A stretch of 64,000 bases of DNA from an uncultured Trueperaceae bacterium (GCA_963799485.1 CAWCXJ010000001.1:192001-256000); one strand, 5' to 3'; shown: positions 10,134-21,540, numbered from the stretch's first letter. Made by a program: numbers and translations. Notes: generated by a model from the sequence alone, not told the origin.

Positions 10134-10220
10134 AAGGGTACTTTAACAGTCCGGCACAAGCGGACGCACAGACAGTTGAAGCTTAGAAACTTTTCCTCTA
10201 AACCTGATAAAATCGGGCTG

Positions 10221-11108
10221 ATGGCCCGTCCAGATCAAGACTACGAACGTTTTGTTCAGAATGTCTATCAAACGCTTTTGAATGCTGAAGGCAAAGATAC
10301 AGTTGAGGTCGAGAGAGATATCAAGCTTAAAGGTATAAGCGGGCAAGAACATCAGATTGACGTCTACTGGAAATACAAGCAGGCTGGCATAACTTACGAG
10401 ACTGCTGTCGAATGCAAACTATACAAGAAAACCGTTAATGTTGGCAGAATTAGAGATTTTCAGGGCGTTCTAACTGATATACGTGGCCTACGTGGAGTCT
10501 TTGCTACTAAATTGGGATATCAATCTGGCGCGAAGATGTACGCCAAAGCGTACAACATAAGACTGCTTGTAATCAGAGAACCTGAAGAGAAAGACTACGA
10601 TTGGAGAACTCTGAACGTAGAACTTTTTGGTTCGTATGCAAAATTGTTGAGAGAACGACTTCAAGTAATACCTGACTTGAATTGGTATTTGGCACAAGGG
10701 TTACATCCTGAAGATAGAGAAGTTGCAGTATCTGGAGACGGTTCAGATATCTTTCTGGAGAATAGGTCTACAGGTGAGCGAAAAACAATGCTCGACATCC
10801 AGCGAGAATTAGATATTTTTGCACAAAATTTAGTTGTGGGAGGCCAACACAGCCGAGTCTTTCCAAACGACAAAGAGAGAGACGAGAGATTTGAAGACAC
10901 CTGGCTCCATTTTTCAAAGGATGATTCTATAGAACCTGTCAAGATATCCCAGCTCGAGGTTCCTTACGTGGTCGCCAAAGGTTTTTGGGTATTTGAACTC
11001 GAGCAAGTAACAGAGAACCACCACGTAATCGTGCGGGATGATTTAGATGACGAGCATACATTTTATGACAAAGAAGGCCGCGAAACTGGCAAGAAGTTTC
11101 GCTACTAA
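10221..11108 (+). CDS. Mrr-like (PD-D/ExK) restriction endonuclease domain protein
   Basis: QIDV...AVECK...GYQSGA...A Mrr_cat pattern. AT-rich relative to its flanks. No methyltransferase nearby. Confidence 0.82.
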   Translation: MARPDQDYERFVQNVYQTLLNAEGKDTVEVERDIKLKGISGQEHQIDVYWKYKQAGITYETAVECKLYKKTVNVGRIRDFQGVLTDIRGLRGVFATKLGYQSGAKMYAKAYNIRLLVIREPEEKDYDWRTLNVELFGSYAKLLRERLQVIPDLNWYLAQGLHPEDREVAVSGDGSDIFLENRSTGERKTMLDIQRELDIFAQNLVVGGQHSRVFPNDKERDERFEDTWLHFSKDDSIEPVKISQLEVPYVVAKGFWVFELEQVTENHHVIVRDDLDDEHTFYDKEGRETGKKFRY

Positions 11109-11148
11109 CTATGCTCGCCAAAATTTAAGGGGCAATTGCGCCCCTTGC

Positions 11149-13659
<2,511 letters not shown>

Positions 13660-13691
13660 GATGTCTCCACTATAGTTCAGAAGGACGTGAC

Positions 13692-13720
13692 AAAAGAAAA
13701 ACCCTAACCAAAGGCTAGGG
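13692..13720 (-). terminator. Intrinsic terminator in the leuS leader (attenuator)
   Basis: Minus strand CCCTAGCC-TTT-GGTTAGGG followed by TTTTTCTTTT, 32 nt upstream of the leuS ATG. Confidence 0.85.
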
Positions 13721-13743
13721 CAGAGGGGCGCGTAGGGGTACGC

Positions 13744-13794
13744 TTACGGCCTCGGCCCACCGGGTAAGAGTAGCTTGGACGTATGCAAGAACAT
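13744..13794 (-). CDS. leuS leader peptide MFLHTSKLLLPGGPRP
   Basis: 16 sense codons with tandem Leu codons CTA-CTC-TTA, lying between the promoter and the terminator. Confidence 0.82.
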   Translation of the reverse strand: MFLHTSKLLLPGGPRP

Positions 13795-13800
13795 AAATGT

Positions 13801-13829
13801 ATGGTAGGCGGTTAGGGCAACATAGTCAA
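13801..13829 (-). promoter_or_regulatory. Sigma70-type promoter for the leuS leader
   Basis: TTGACT-17nt-TACCAT, then 6 nt to the leader ATG (leaderless geometry). Confidence 0.8.
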
Positions 13830-13892
13830 GTATAAACCAAAGTATACACACCTCTAGGATTGACTTACTATTGAAGCTTAGTCAGCAAAAGC

Positions 13893-14669
13893 TCAACCAT
13901 AAAAAAGCTCAAAAAAGTACAAGTACAAATTTGAATATAGTTCTCTCACTGCTTCCATATATGGATTCACTAAAAGGAGTACAAGATATAAGGCTAATCC
14001 AATAGACATTGTGCCTATCGCAAGTGCCACAGGAAAAAGAACCATAGCTAAGATTCCAGGCACCCACACGGGGATTTCTGGTAGCTTCCTGCGCCTTAAG
14101 GTTTGTTCTATGTGTCGATCTAATTGTTTGCTCTGTTCTACTTTTTGGATACCTATCTGGGCATTTATAGAACCAAAGTTGAGAATAGTTATTGTGGCCA
14201 TCTTTCTTATGCGTTCATCGGCAGCTTGACGTGTGTTGTCAACTTCACTCGAAAGTTCTTCTCCTATTTTCTCGTTTATGAAGCTTTGAATTATTCTATC
14301 AGATTCACCATCAGACAGACCTGCTCGTTTGAGTCTGCGTATCGCATTTATGCTAGCCATCTTTAGAACTTTCTCCTTCCTGCTAAAGAACCCACTATGT
14401 TTTTCTAATGTATAGCAATAAATTAGGTTACTCATTCTCTCGTCGGAATTTCCGCCTAAGAACAACCATTGTATAAGCCGTAAAAACCTTGTTTCTAGAA
14501 ACAGGATTATAGATGCTGCTACCAGTGCTGTTATTGCGCTCAAAGTTTTTGTGGCATATAGAACATCAGCTATTACATAAGTAACCAATGCAGTCGCCGC
14601 AACTGTCAGAAGAATTATTACTTTCCCTACTATTGAAATAATGGCCTGTCTATACGTTATATTCGACAT
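13893..14669 (-). CDS. Hypothetical membrane protein (low GC)
   Basis: 258-aa ORF with TM pairs at both ends and AT-rich codon usage. Confidence 0.65.
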   Translation of the reverse strand: MSNITYRQAIISIVGKVIILLTVAATALVTYVIADVLYATKTLSAITALVAASIILFLETRFLRLIQWLFLGGNSDERMSNLIYCYTLEKHSGFFSRKEKVLKMASINAIRRLKRAGLSDGESDRIIQSFINEKIGEELSSEVDNTRQAADERIRKMATITILNFGSINAQIGIQKVEQSKQLDRHIEQTLRRRKLPEIPVWVPGILAMVLFPVALAIGTMSIGLALYLVLLLVNPYMEAVRELYSNLYLYFFELFYG

Positions 14670-14804
14670 TCTGACTTATGATAACTCAGTGAGAGATACA
14701 CAATCAAATTTGTACTGACGCATTCACCTCTGATGATGGCAAAAGCCAGTAAGTAAACAGACAAGCAGATGCCCTAGGCTAACTTGACTGCAAAATTACA
14801 TCGT

Positions 14805-15284
14805 TTACCTTATGTCTAACTGTTGTCGCTGTTGCTTCCCTATATTATCTGTCCACACTACAACTATATTTTCAGGGCTAGGTAAGTAGCTTTTAAGTTC
14901 AAACTCAAACGTTGTGCAACTTTTGGGTTCGAGGGTTGGCTCATACCCTTTTAGACTTGTACGTTTGAAAGTGGGATAGACATCTAGGCGTATGTCACCC
15001 ACGAAAAACTGCGCTTGGTAAGCAGTACCATTGCCAATGTTCCTTACAAAAGCTGTTAGACTTTTATCCCAACGCCCTAGCGTTTCAATAGCAAACGAAG
15101 CCTGCTTCTTTGAAGCTTGTTCACTTTCATGGCGCTCCGATTCTATTGCGAGTAAGCGTTTTTGTATATCGTTCGCTACTCTAGCAGAGTTACAAGCGGA
15201 CAATTTGCTCTGCCATGCTATGAAAGCGGAGACTACAGCAACGATTTCGGGCAGTAAATTAACTAAATTGGTAAAAAAGCTCAT
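14805..15284 (-). CDS. Hypothetical protein (N-terminal TM, coiled coil, beta-rich C-terminus; low GC)
   Basis: 159-aa ORF with an NxGxxxA motif (VRNIGNGTA). Confidence 0.65.
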   Translation of the reverse strand: MSFFTNLVNLLPEIVAVVSAFIAWQSKLSACNSARVANDIQKRLLAIESERHESEQASKKQASFAIETLGRWDKSLTAFVRNIGNGTAYQAQFFVGDIRLDVYPTFKRTSLKGYEPTLEPKSCTTFEFELKSYLPSPENIVVVWTDNIGKQQRQQLDIR

Positions 15285-15417
15285 ACGCTGAGTACATCAT
15301 TTGTAGCAGCAAGAGATTGTTTTTTGAAACATCTTAATAGATAGTCTGTCTGCATCTTTGTAAACATTTTGTTGCCCGAGCAACGCTGACCCTTAATAAT
15401 TTAGGTACTATAACGTC

Positions 15418-16407
15418 ATGAATCCTAAAGTCAACCCTCTAAGTCGGCGTCCGGCTCAGAAGCGCCTGGTGATTGCCGTGCGCGGGGCCGCCGGAACCGG
15501 CAAAAGTTACTTTGCGGCTTCCCTCGCGGACGCGGGCGTCGGTCGGCTCCTGTTTTTCGATGTCGAGCGCAAATCAAGATTGTTGCCGGGCGCAACCGGC
15601 GACACGCCCAAATTCGACGCCGTAGAGGTGCATCACCCTGACGAACTGCCGGAGTTTATAGACTGGGCCTTGGACGGCGAAGGCAAAGAGCAGCATTATG
15701 GGGCTTACGCGCTCGATTCGTGGAGTCTGTACTTTGCCCGTAAACACCGCGAGACGCTCCGGGCCGTGCGGGAGAAAACGGGCGACCCGACCGCGCCACC
15801 GACCGCCGACCAGCTGCAAGACGACCAGGTGCTCTACCAGGAGGTTTTACGGCGGCTTTGTATGGATTCGGGTGCGTGCGTGGTGATTACCGACCACATC
15901 GCCGCAAAGGGTAAAGAGCAGGTCGAAGAAAACGAGTTGGGGCAGGTGGTGCCGATTACGCGTGGCGGCTTGGAGTACTTTATCGATGTGATGCTCGAGC
16001 TGTCCCTCCGCGCCGACGGTTTTGAAACCAAACGCATCGGTACCGTTGTAAAGAGCAACAGCGACCATTTCCCGATTGGGCTCGAGCTTGAAGAACCGAC
16101 CTTCGGCGCGCTGCTCGCGCAGATGGACGACGTACCCAAACCGGCGCAGGACGACATTCCCGAGTTTTTGAAGCTTGACGAAACGCCTGTAGAAACCGGG
16201 CCGAGCCTCGAGGATGTGGTCAAGCAAGCCGAGACTTACGGCCTCGACCGCGCCAAACTGCTGCTCGCTGCCCGGAGCTATCACAAAGTTACGGCGTTAG
16301 AACAGCTTAGCGAGGCTCAGCGCAGCGACTTGTTAGCGCGGATGGCGGAGAAATTCGGTGCTGCCCAGCGCGTAAAAGCGTCAGATAAAAAAGCCTACGC
16401 GAACTAG
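15418..16407 (+). CDS. AAA_24 / Sak4-like P-loop ATPase
   Basis: Walker A GAAGTGKS, FFDVE, Walker B ALDSWS, VITDH. Acidic linker and small helical C-terminal domain. TACTAT-6nt-ATG. Confidence 0.75.
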   Translation: MNPKVNPLSRRPAQKRLVIAVRGAAGTGKSYFAASLADAGVGRLLFFDVERKSRLLPGATGDTPKFDAVEVHHPDELPEFIDWALDGEGKEQHYGAYALDSWSLYFARKHRETLRAVREKTGDPTAPPTADQLQDDQVLYQEVLRRLCMDSGACVVITDHIAAKGKEQVEENELGQVVPITRGGLEYFIDVMLELSLRADGFETKRIGTVVKSNSDHFPIGLELEEPTFGALLAQMDDVPKPAQDDIPEFLKLDETPVETGPSLEDVVKQAETYGLDRAKLLLAARSYHKVTALEQLSEAQRSDLLARMAEKFGAAQRVKASDKKAYAN

Positions 16408-16445
16408 CAGGTGAGCCCGTCCCGAATGTCTGATAGCCTGTAGCG

Positions 16446-17381
16446 ATGACAGACATCTATACAGACATCTGTATGGTCGGGAGCGCTATGACAGACCTTA
16501 CGGTGCGGGTGCCGAGGCTGCCGGAACCGGGGGAGACGATCTTCGGTAGGGGCTTTTCTGAAGGTTTCGGCGGTAAAGGTTCGAATCAGGCGGTGATGGC
16601 GGCAAGGTTGGGGGCCAAAGTCAGCGTCGTCGTCAAGCTCGGTGGGGACGATTACGGCGACAAAACGCTGCAGAACTACCGCGCAGAAGGTATCGACACG
16701 GCGTTCGTCGGGCGGGCTCCCGGTGCGTCGGGTATTGCGCTGATTACGGTTGCAGAATCCGGCGAAAACGTGATTTCTCTTGCGCCGGGAGCCAACACGA
16801 CACTTTCTCCGGAAGACGTGGCGGGCGCGGCGGCGGCGGTGCAGGGGGCGGCAGTCTTGGTGGCGCAGCTCGAGACGCCCCTAGACGCGACCCTGGCGGC
16901 GTTTCGCCTCGCCAAAGGGGGAAAAACCCGAACCATCTTAAATCCGGCTCCGGCAGCCGAACTACCCGCCGAGCTGCTCTCATTGACCGATATCTTGATT
17001 CCTAACGAGGTCGAGGCGGGGATGCTCTTGGGACGGCGTGTGGGAACGCTCGAGGAAGCAGGGGAGGCTGCCGTGGCGCTGCTCGAGCTTGGCCCCAGAG
17101 CTGTAGTCATTACCCTGGGCAAACGCGGCGCACTCTTTGCCGGAACGGACGACGGGCCGCAGCATATTCCGGTAGACGCCGTAAACGCCGTCGATACGAC
17201 GGGTGCAGGCGACGCCTTTGTCGGGTCGCTCGCATATTTTTCTGCCTGTCAACCCAACCTGCCGTTTAGGGAAGCCGTGACCAGGGCCTGCCGCCTTGCG
17301 GCGCTCACCGTCGAGAAGTCCGGCGCACAAAGTTCGTACCCGCAGCGCGTAGAGGCAGCCGCTATTGTCGAAGCCACTTGA
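16446..17381 (+). CDS. rbsK: Ribokinase
   Basis: GGKGSNQA, QLETP, NPAPA, PNEVE, DTTGAGDAF. Confidence 0.92.
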   Translation: MTDIYTDICMVGSAMTDLTVRVPRLPEPGETIFGRGFSEGFGGKGSNQAVMAARLGAKVSVVVKLGGDDYGDKTLQNYRAEGIDTAFVGRAPGASGIALITVAESGENVISLAPGANTTLSPEDVAGAAAAVQGAAVLVAQLETPLDATLAAFRLAKGGKTRTILNPAPAAELPAELLSLTDILIPNEVEAGMLLGRRVGTLEEAGEAAVALLELGPRAVVITLGKRGALFAGTDDGPQHIPVDAVNAVDTTGAGDAFVGSLAYFSACQPNLPFREAVTRACRLAALTVEKSGAQSSYPQRVEAAAIVEAT

Positions 17382-17413
17382 GCGTCGGGGAGCGTACACC
17401 GCGTGGCAGCGGT

Positions 17414-17509
17414 CTGCGGCGCGTGTACAGTTTAGGTATTCATTCGCTTCAGCGATGCCGGCGGCGTCGGCGTCGTTGACTGCGGCGCGTGTATAGTTTA
17501 GGTATTCAT
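17414..17509 (+). repeat. 30-bp direct repeat pair separated by a hairpin
   Basis: CTGCGGCGCGTGTA(C/T)AGTTTAGGTATTCAT at 17414-17443 and 17480-17509 (29/30 identical). Confidence 0.9.
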
Positions 17510-17594
17510 AAGCGTCTCAGCCGGGAGCTGGGCAGCGCACAAGGAGCCTAAACATGCACATGTTCGGCGTTGGCAATCTGAAGGCGAGGGTATA

Positions 17595-18962
17595 GTGACG
17601 CAACTTAGTCTGACAGCTCTAGAAGAACGTTTTAGTGAGCTCAAACCTCCGCTGAGCGCACGTGAAGCGAAGCTCGAGGCCAACCGTTGCCTCTACTGTT
17701 TCGACGCGCCCTGTATAAGCGCGTGTCCGACCAGTATCGATGTGCCGACGTTTATCCGCAAAATTTCAACCGACAACGTGACCGGGGCCGCCGTAACCAT
17801 TTTGGAAGCCAACCTGATAGCGGCAACCTGCGCCCGCGTCTGCCCGGTCGAAGAGCTGTGCGAAGGGGCGTGTGTTTTAGGCGGCGACCACAAACCCATC
17901 GAAATCGGGCGGTTGCAGCGTTATGCGATGGACTATATCTACGAAAAGCAAAAATTGCCGTTTACTCCGGCCCCTGCCAACGGCCTGCGTGTCGCGGTCG
18001 TCGGCGCCGGCCCGGCAGGGCTTTCGTGTGCGGGCGAGCTCGCCAAGCTCGGCTACGCGGTTACGGTTTTCGAAAAAAACCCGCTCCCCGGCGGGTTGTC
18101 CACCTACGGCATCGTGGTGATGCGAGAACCGATTCGGGTGGCGTTAGAAGAAGTTGCGCTTGTCGAGGCGCTCGGGGTAGAGGTCAAAACGGGCGTCACG
18201 GTCGGGCAAGACGTGAGCGCCGACGAACTTTTAAGCGATTTCGACGCGGTGTTTCTAGGTGTCGGGATGGGGTCGGTGCCGCATCTGGGGATTCCCGGCG
18301 AGGAGTTAGAGGGCGTCACTGAGGCGTTATCGTTTATCGCCGAAACCAAACTCGCCGAAAAAGACGGGTTGGAGCACCTGCGAGCGCTCCCTGTCGGGCG
18401 GCACGTCGCCGTAATCGGCGCGGGCAACACCGCTATCGACGCGGCGACGATTGCCAAACGGTTGGGCGCGGAGCGCGTGACGCTCGTTTACCGGCGCGGC
18501 GAAGACCAGATGACGGCCTACGACTTTGAGTACAGCTTTATCAAGCATGAGGGCGTGGAGTTTCGGTTTCTCAGTCAGCCGCTGCGCATTTTGGGTGAAA
18601 ACGGGCGGGTCGTGGGGCTCGAGTGCCTCCGCGTCGAACTCGGCGCACCCGGACCCGACGGGCGGGCGCTCCCTGAACCCGTAGCGGGCAGCGAGTTCGT
18701 CATCCCCTGCGACCAAGTGATTAAAGCGATTGGGCAAGAAAAACGCTTTGACCTGTATGCTCATTTCGGCTTGGAGCAAAACCGCGGCTACCTCGAGGTA
18801 AACGAAAACTTGCGCACTACGAACCCCAAAATCTTTGCGGGCGGCGACTGTATCCGCGCCACCGGCGACGCGATGACCGTCACCGCGACGCAGGACGGTA
18901 AAATCGCGGCGCAGGGTATTCACGCGCAGCTTTCTCCCGAAGCCGCCGATACACTACACTAG
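17595..18962 (+). CDS. preT: Dihydropyrimidine dehydrogenase, GltD-like subunit
   Basis: RCLYCFDAPCISACP, CARVCPVEELCEGAC, GAGPAG, GAGNTAID. Operon context. Confidence 0.9.
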   Translation: MTQLSLTALEERFSELKPPLSAREAKLEANRCLYCFDAPCISACPTSIDVPTFIRKISTDNVTGAAVTILEANLIAATCARVCPVEELCEGACVLGGDHKPIEIGRLQRYAMDYIYEKQKLPFTPAPANGLRVAVVGAGPAGLSCAGELAKLGYAVTVFEKNPLPGGLSTYGIVVMREPIRVALEEVALVEALGVEVKTGVTVGQDVSADELLSDFDAVFLGVGMGSVPHLGIPGEELEGVTEALSFIAETKLAEKDGLEHLRALPVGRHVAVIGAGNTAIDAATIAKRLGAERVTLVYRRGEDQMTAYDFEYSFIKHEGVEFRFLSQPLRILGENGRVVGLECLRVELGAPGPDGRALPEPVAGSEFVIPCDQVIKAIGQEKRFDLYAHFGLEQNRGYLEVNENLRTTNPKIFAGGDCIRATGDAMTVTATQDGKIAAQGIHAQLSPEAADTLH

Positions 18963-18965
18963 TCT

Positions 18966-19415
18966 ATGGACACCTTGGCGAAACCAACCTACGAAGAGGA
19001 CTTCGTGCTGTGGCTCGAGCATCAAGCTGAACTTTTACGGCAAGGGCGCGTGGGTGAGCTTGACCTTGAAAACCTGGCCGAGGAGGTTGACGACATCGGA
19101 CGGAGCCAGCGGCGTGCGGTCGAAAGCGAACTCACTATCATTCTCATTCACCTGCTCAAATATCAGTTTCAGCCCTCAAAACGGAGCCGCAGCTGGCTGG
19201 ACACCCTGCTCGAACACCGTGGGCGCTTGGCTAGAGACTTTCGCGTCAGTAAGAGCTTAAGGTTTCACGCGGAAACTGAGCTAGCTGACCTTTACAGGCT
19301 TGCCCGTAAACGGGCTGCAGTTCAAACGCGACTGCCGCTCACCACGTTTCCTGAAACCAGCCCCTACACCCTCGAGCAAACCCTAAACGAAGACTTTTTC
19401 CCGGAGGGCTCTTGA
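18966..19415 (+). CDS. DUF29 family protein
   Basis: YEEDFVLWLEHQAELL...LDLENLAEEV...HLLKYQFQP...SW...FPETSPYTLEQTLNEDFFP. Confidence 0.92.
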   Translation: MDTLAKPTYEEDFVLWLEHQAELLRQGRVGELDLENLAEEVDDIGRSQRRAVESELTIILIHLLKYQFQPSKRSRSWLDTLLEHRGRLARDFRVSKSLRFHAETELADLYRLARKRAAVQTRLPLTTFPETSPYTLEQTLNEDFFPEGS

Positions 19416-20770
19416 TGGCTGACCTTGCTACCAATTTTTGCGGCGTTAAAAGCCCCAACCCGTTCTGGCTCGCGTCGGCCCCGCCAACGAACACTGCGTA
19501 CCAAATCAACAAAGCGTTCGAGTACGGTTGGGGCGGTGCGGTTTGGAAGACTATCGGCACACCTGTTCTGAACGTCTCGTCACGGTACGGCGGCTGGGAG
19601 TATAACGGCAACAAGCTGGCTGCCATCAACAACATCGAGCTGATTTCGGACAGGCCGCTAGCCGTAAACCTGCGCGAAATCGCCGAGGTCAAACGGCTCT
19701 GGCCTGAGCGCGCCGTCATCGTCTCGGCGATGTTCGAGTCCGACCCGAAGGTTTGGGCCGACGCCGTAAAACGCATCGAGGATACCGGCGCGGACGCCAT
19801 CGAACTCAACTACGGCTGCCCACACGGCATGTCGGAGCGCGGCATGGGTTCAGCCGTCGGGCAAGTTCCGGAATACTGCACGATGATTACCGAGTGGGTC
19901 ACGTCGGTGGCGAGCATCCCCGTAATCGTCAAATTGACGCCGAACATCACCGACATCAAGATGCCCGCTCGAGCTGCAATAGATGGTCACGCAAATGCTT
20001 TATCACTCATCAACACGATTAACTCGGTGGTTGGGGTAGATTTGGATTCGTTTCAACTCCGGCCCAACGTCGGTGGTAAAGGTGGACACGGCGGTTACGC
20101 GGGGCCCGCCGTAAAACCGATTGCGCTCAGTATGCTCAGCGAAGTGATGCAACTGCCTGAAACGCAGCGTTATCAGATTCCGGTTTCGGGTATGGGCGGC
20201 ATTCAAACCTGGCGCGACGCCGCCGAGTTTCTTCTTTTAGGTGCAACGAGTTTGCAGGTCTGCACGGCGGTCATGCACTACGGCTTTCGCCTCATCGAAG
20301 ACCTGACCGACGGTTTATCGAACTGGTTGGACGATAAAGGTGCTACCAGCATCCAGGAAATTATCGGCGCGTCGGCCCCGCGCTATTCACCCTTTAACGA
20401 ACTCGATCTGTCATACAAAGTCGTCGCGCGAATTGATGAGCGCACGTGTATCAACTGCAACCTCTGCTTTGTGGCGTGTGATGAGGGCGCGCATCAGTGC
20501 ATCGACCTGACCGTAAACGGCGCGAAAATCGACCCGGCGACGTATCGCGGCGACGTAAAAGCACAACCTGTAGTGCGTGAAGACGACTGCGTGGGGTGTA
20601 ACCTCTGCTCGCTGGTGTGTCCGGTAGACGGCTGCATTTCGATGATTGAGATGCCTTCGGGTAGAGATTCCGTGACCTGGGGCGAGATCACGGCGGAGCA
20701 GCCGGAAGTGACCAGTCAGTGGGACGAGATGGAACGTTACCGGGCGGCAAAAGGTATCGAAATTCACTAG
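19415..20770 (+). CDS. preA: Dihydropyrimidine dehydrogenase, FMN/4Fe-4S subunit
   Basis: NPFWLASAPPT, ELNYGCPHGMSERGMG, KLTPN and two CxxCxxC ferredoxin motifs. Confidence 0.96.
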   Translation: MADLATNFCGVKSPNPFWLASAPPTNTAYQINKAFEYGWGGAVWKTIGTPVLNVSSRYGGWEYNGNKLAAINNIELISDRPLAVNLREIAEVKRLWPERAVIVSAMFESDPKVWADAVKRIEDTGADAIELNYGCPHGMSERGMGSAVGQVPEYCTMITEWVTSVASIPVIVKLTPNITDIKMPARAAIDGHANALSLINTINSVVGVDLDSFQLRPNVGGKGGHGGYAGPAVKPIALSMLSEVMQLPETQRYQIPVSGMGGIQTWRDAAEFLLLGATSLQVCTAVMHYGFRLIEDLTDGLSNWLDDKGATSIQEIIGASAPRYSPFNELDLSYKVVARIDERTCINCNLCFVACDEGAHQCIDLTVNGAKIDPATYRGDVKAQPVVREDDCVGCNLCSLVCPVDGCISMIEMPSGRDSVTWGEITAEQPEVTSQWDEMERYRAAKGIEIH

Positions 20771-20806
20771 CCTCGAGCAAAGATTTTCTGAGAGTATGAT
20801 TCTGCC

Positions 20807-21073
20807 ATGACCAAAACGCTCCTCAAAACCGCCCCCGACGGCAGCGTCACCATCCCCAAGGAGCTTTTGGGCGACGCCCCACCCGGTACGGCATTTCGCT
20901 TAGAGCGTGAGGGAAAGGTGCTGCGGCTCGAGCCCGCCCCCCGTAAACTCCACGAGATTAAAGACCCGGAGGAGCGCGCAAGAGCCGTCGATGACTTCAT
21001 GAACCGTATCGCTCACAAAACCGGTGTGGACTGGCCCGAAAATTATAACTTCAGAGATGATATCTACGACTAG
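20807..21073 (+). CDS. AbrB/MazE-type antitoxin (VapB-like)
   Basis: DGSVTIPKEL...GKVLRLEP swapped-hairpin pattern. Stop overlaps the PIN gene start. Confidence 0.75.
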   Translation: MTKTLLKTAPDGSVTIPKELLGDAPPGTAFRLEREGKVLRLEPAPRKLHEIKDPEERARAVDDFMNRIAHKTGVDWPENYNFRDDIYD

Positions 21074-21513
21074 TGCGTTATCTCCTCGATACGAATATCG
21101 TGCTGAGAACCGTTAATCCAGACAATGGGCTCTATCCGATGGTGTCTCGAGCCGTCCAGAATCTCTCTATTCAAGGCCACGAACTTGTTATCGTGCCCCA
21201 AGTTATCTATGAGTTTTGGTCGGTAGCAAGTAGGCCCGCGACCGTCAATGGTTTCGGTTGGCCATTAACAACTGTCCGCACGGTCATCAATGACTTAATG
21301 CAGGAATGGACACTTTTAGATGATACCCCGGAAGTTTTTGACCTTTGGCTCGAGCTTGTCACCACCCACCAGGTTTCAGGTAAACAGATTCACGACGCCC
21401 GGTTAGCTGCGTCGCTAAAAGCGCACGACGTTGAAGCTCTGCTGACCCTTAACGGCGACGACTTCAGTCGCTTCGACGTCCGCGTCGTCCATCCCCAAGA
21501 AGTGGCAGAATAA
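21073..21513 (+). CDS. PIN-domain toxin (VapC-like)
   Basis: YLLDTNI, QVIYEF, IHDARLAA, LLTLNGDDF. Confidence 0.92.
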   Translation: MRYLLDTNIVLRTVNPDNGLYPMVSRAVQNLSIQGHELVIVPQVIYEFWSVASRPATVNGFGWPLTTVRTVINDLMQEWTLLDDTPEVFDLWLELVTTHQVSGKQIHDARLAASLKAHDVEALLTLNGDDFSRFDVRVVHPQEVAE

Positions 21514-21540
21514 ACGAGCAACAGCAGCAAGGAGGATTGT

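Noticed and set aside
13660..13830. T-box riboswitch before leuS
   Set aside because: No AGGGTGGNACCGCG-like T-box and the leader is too short. A leader peptide explains the terminator.
15290..15417. Deinococcal RDRM (DdrO box) upstream of the AAA_24 gene
   Set aside because: No 17-bp palindrome with the right spacing was found by eye.
17414..17509. 30-bp repeats with a 36-bp spacer as a mini-CRISPR
   Set aside because: Only two repeats, the spacer is itself a hairpin, and no cas genes. Kept as a regulatory candidate instead.
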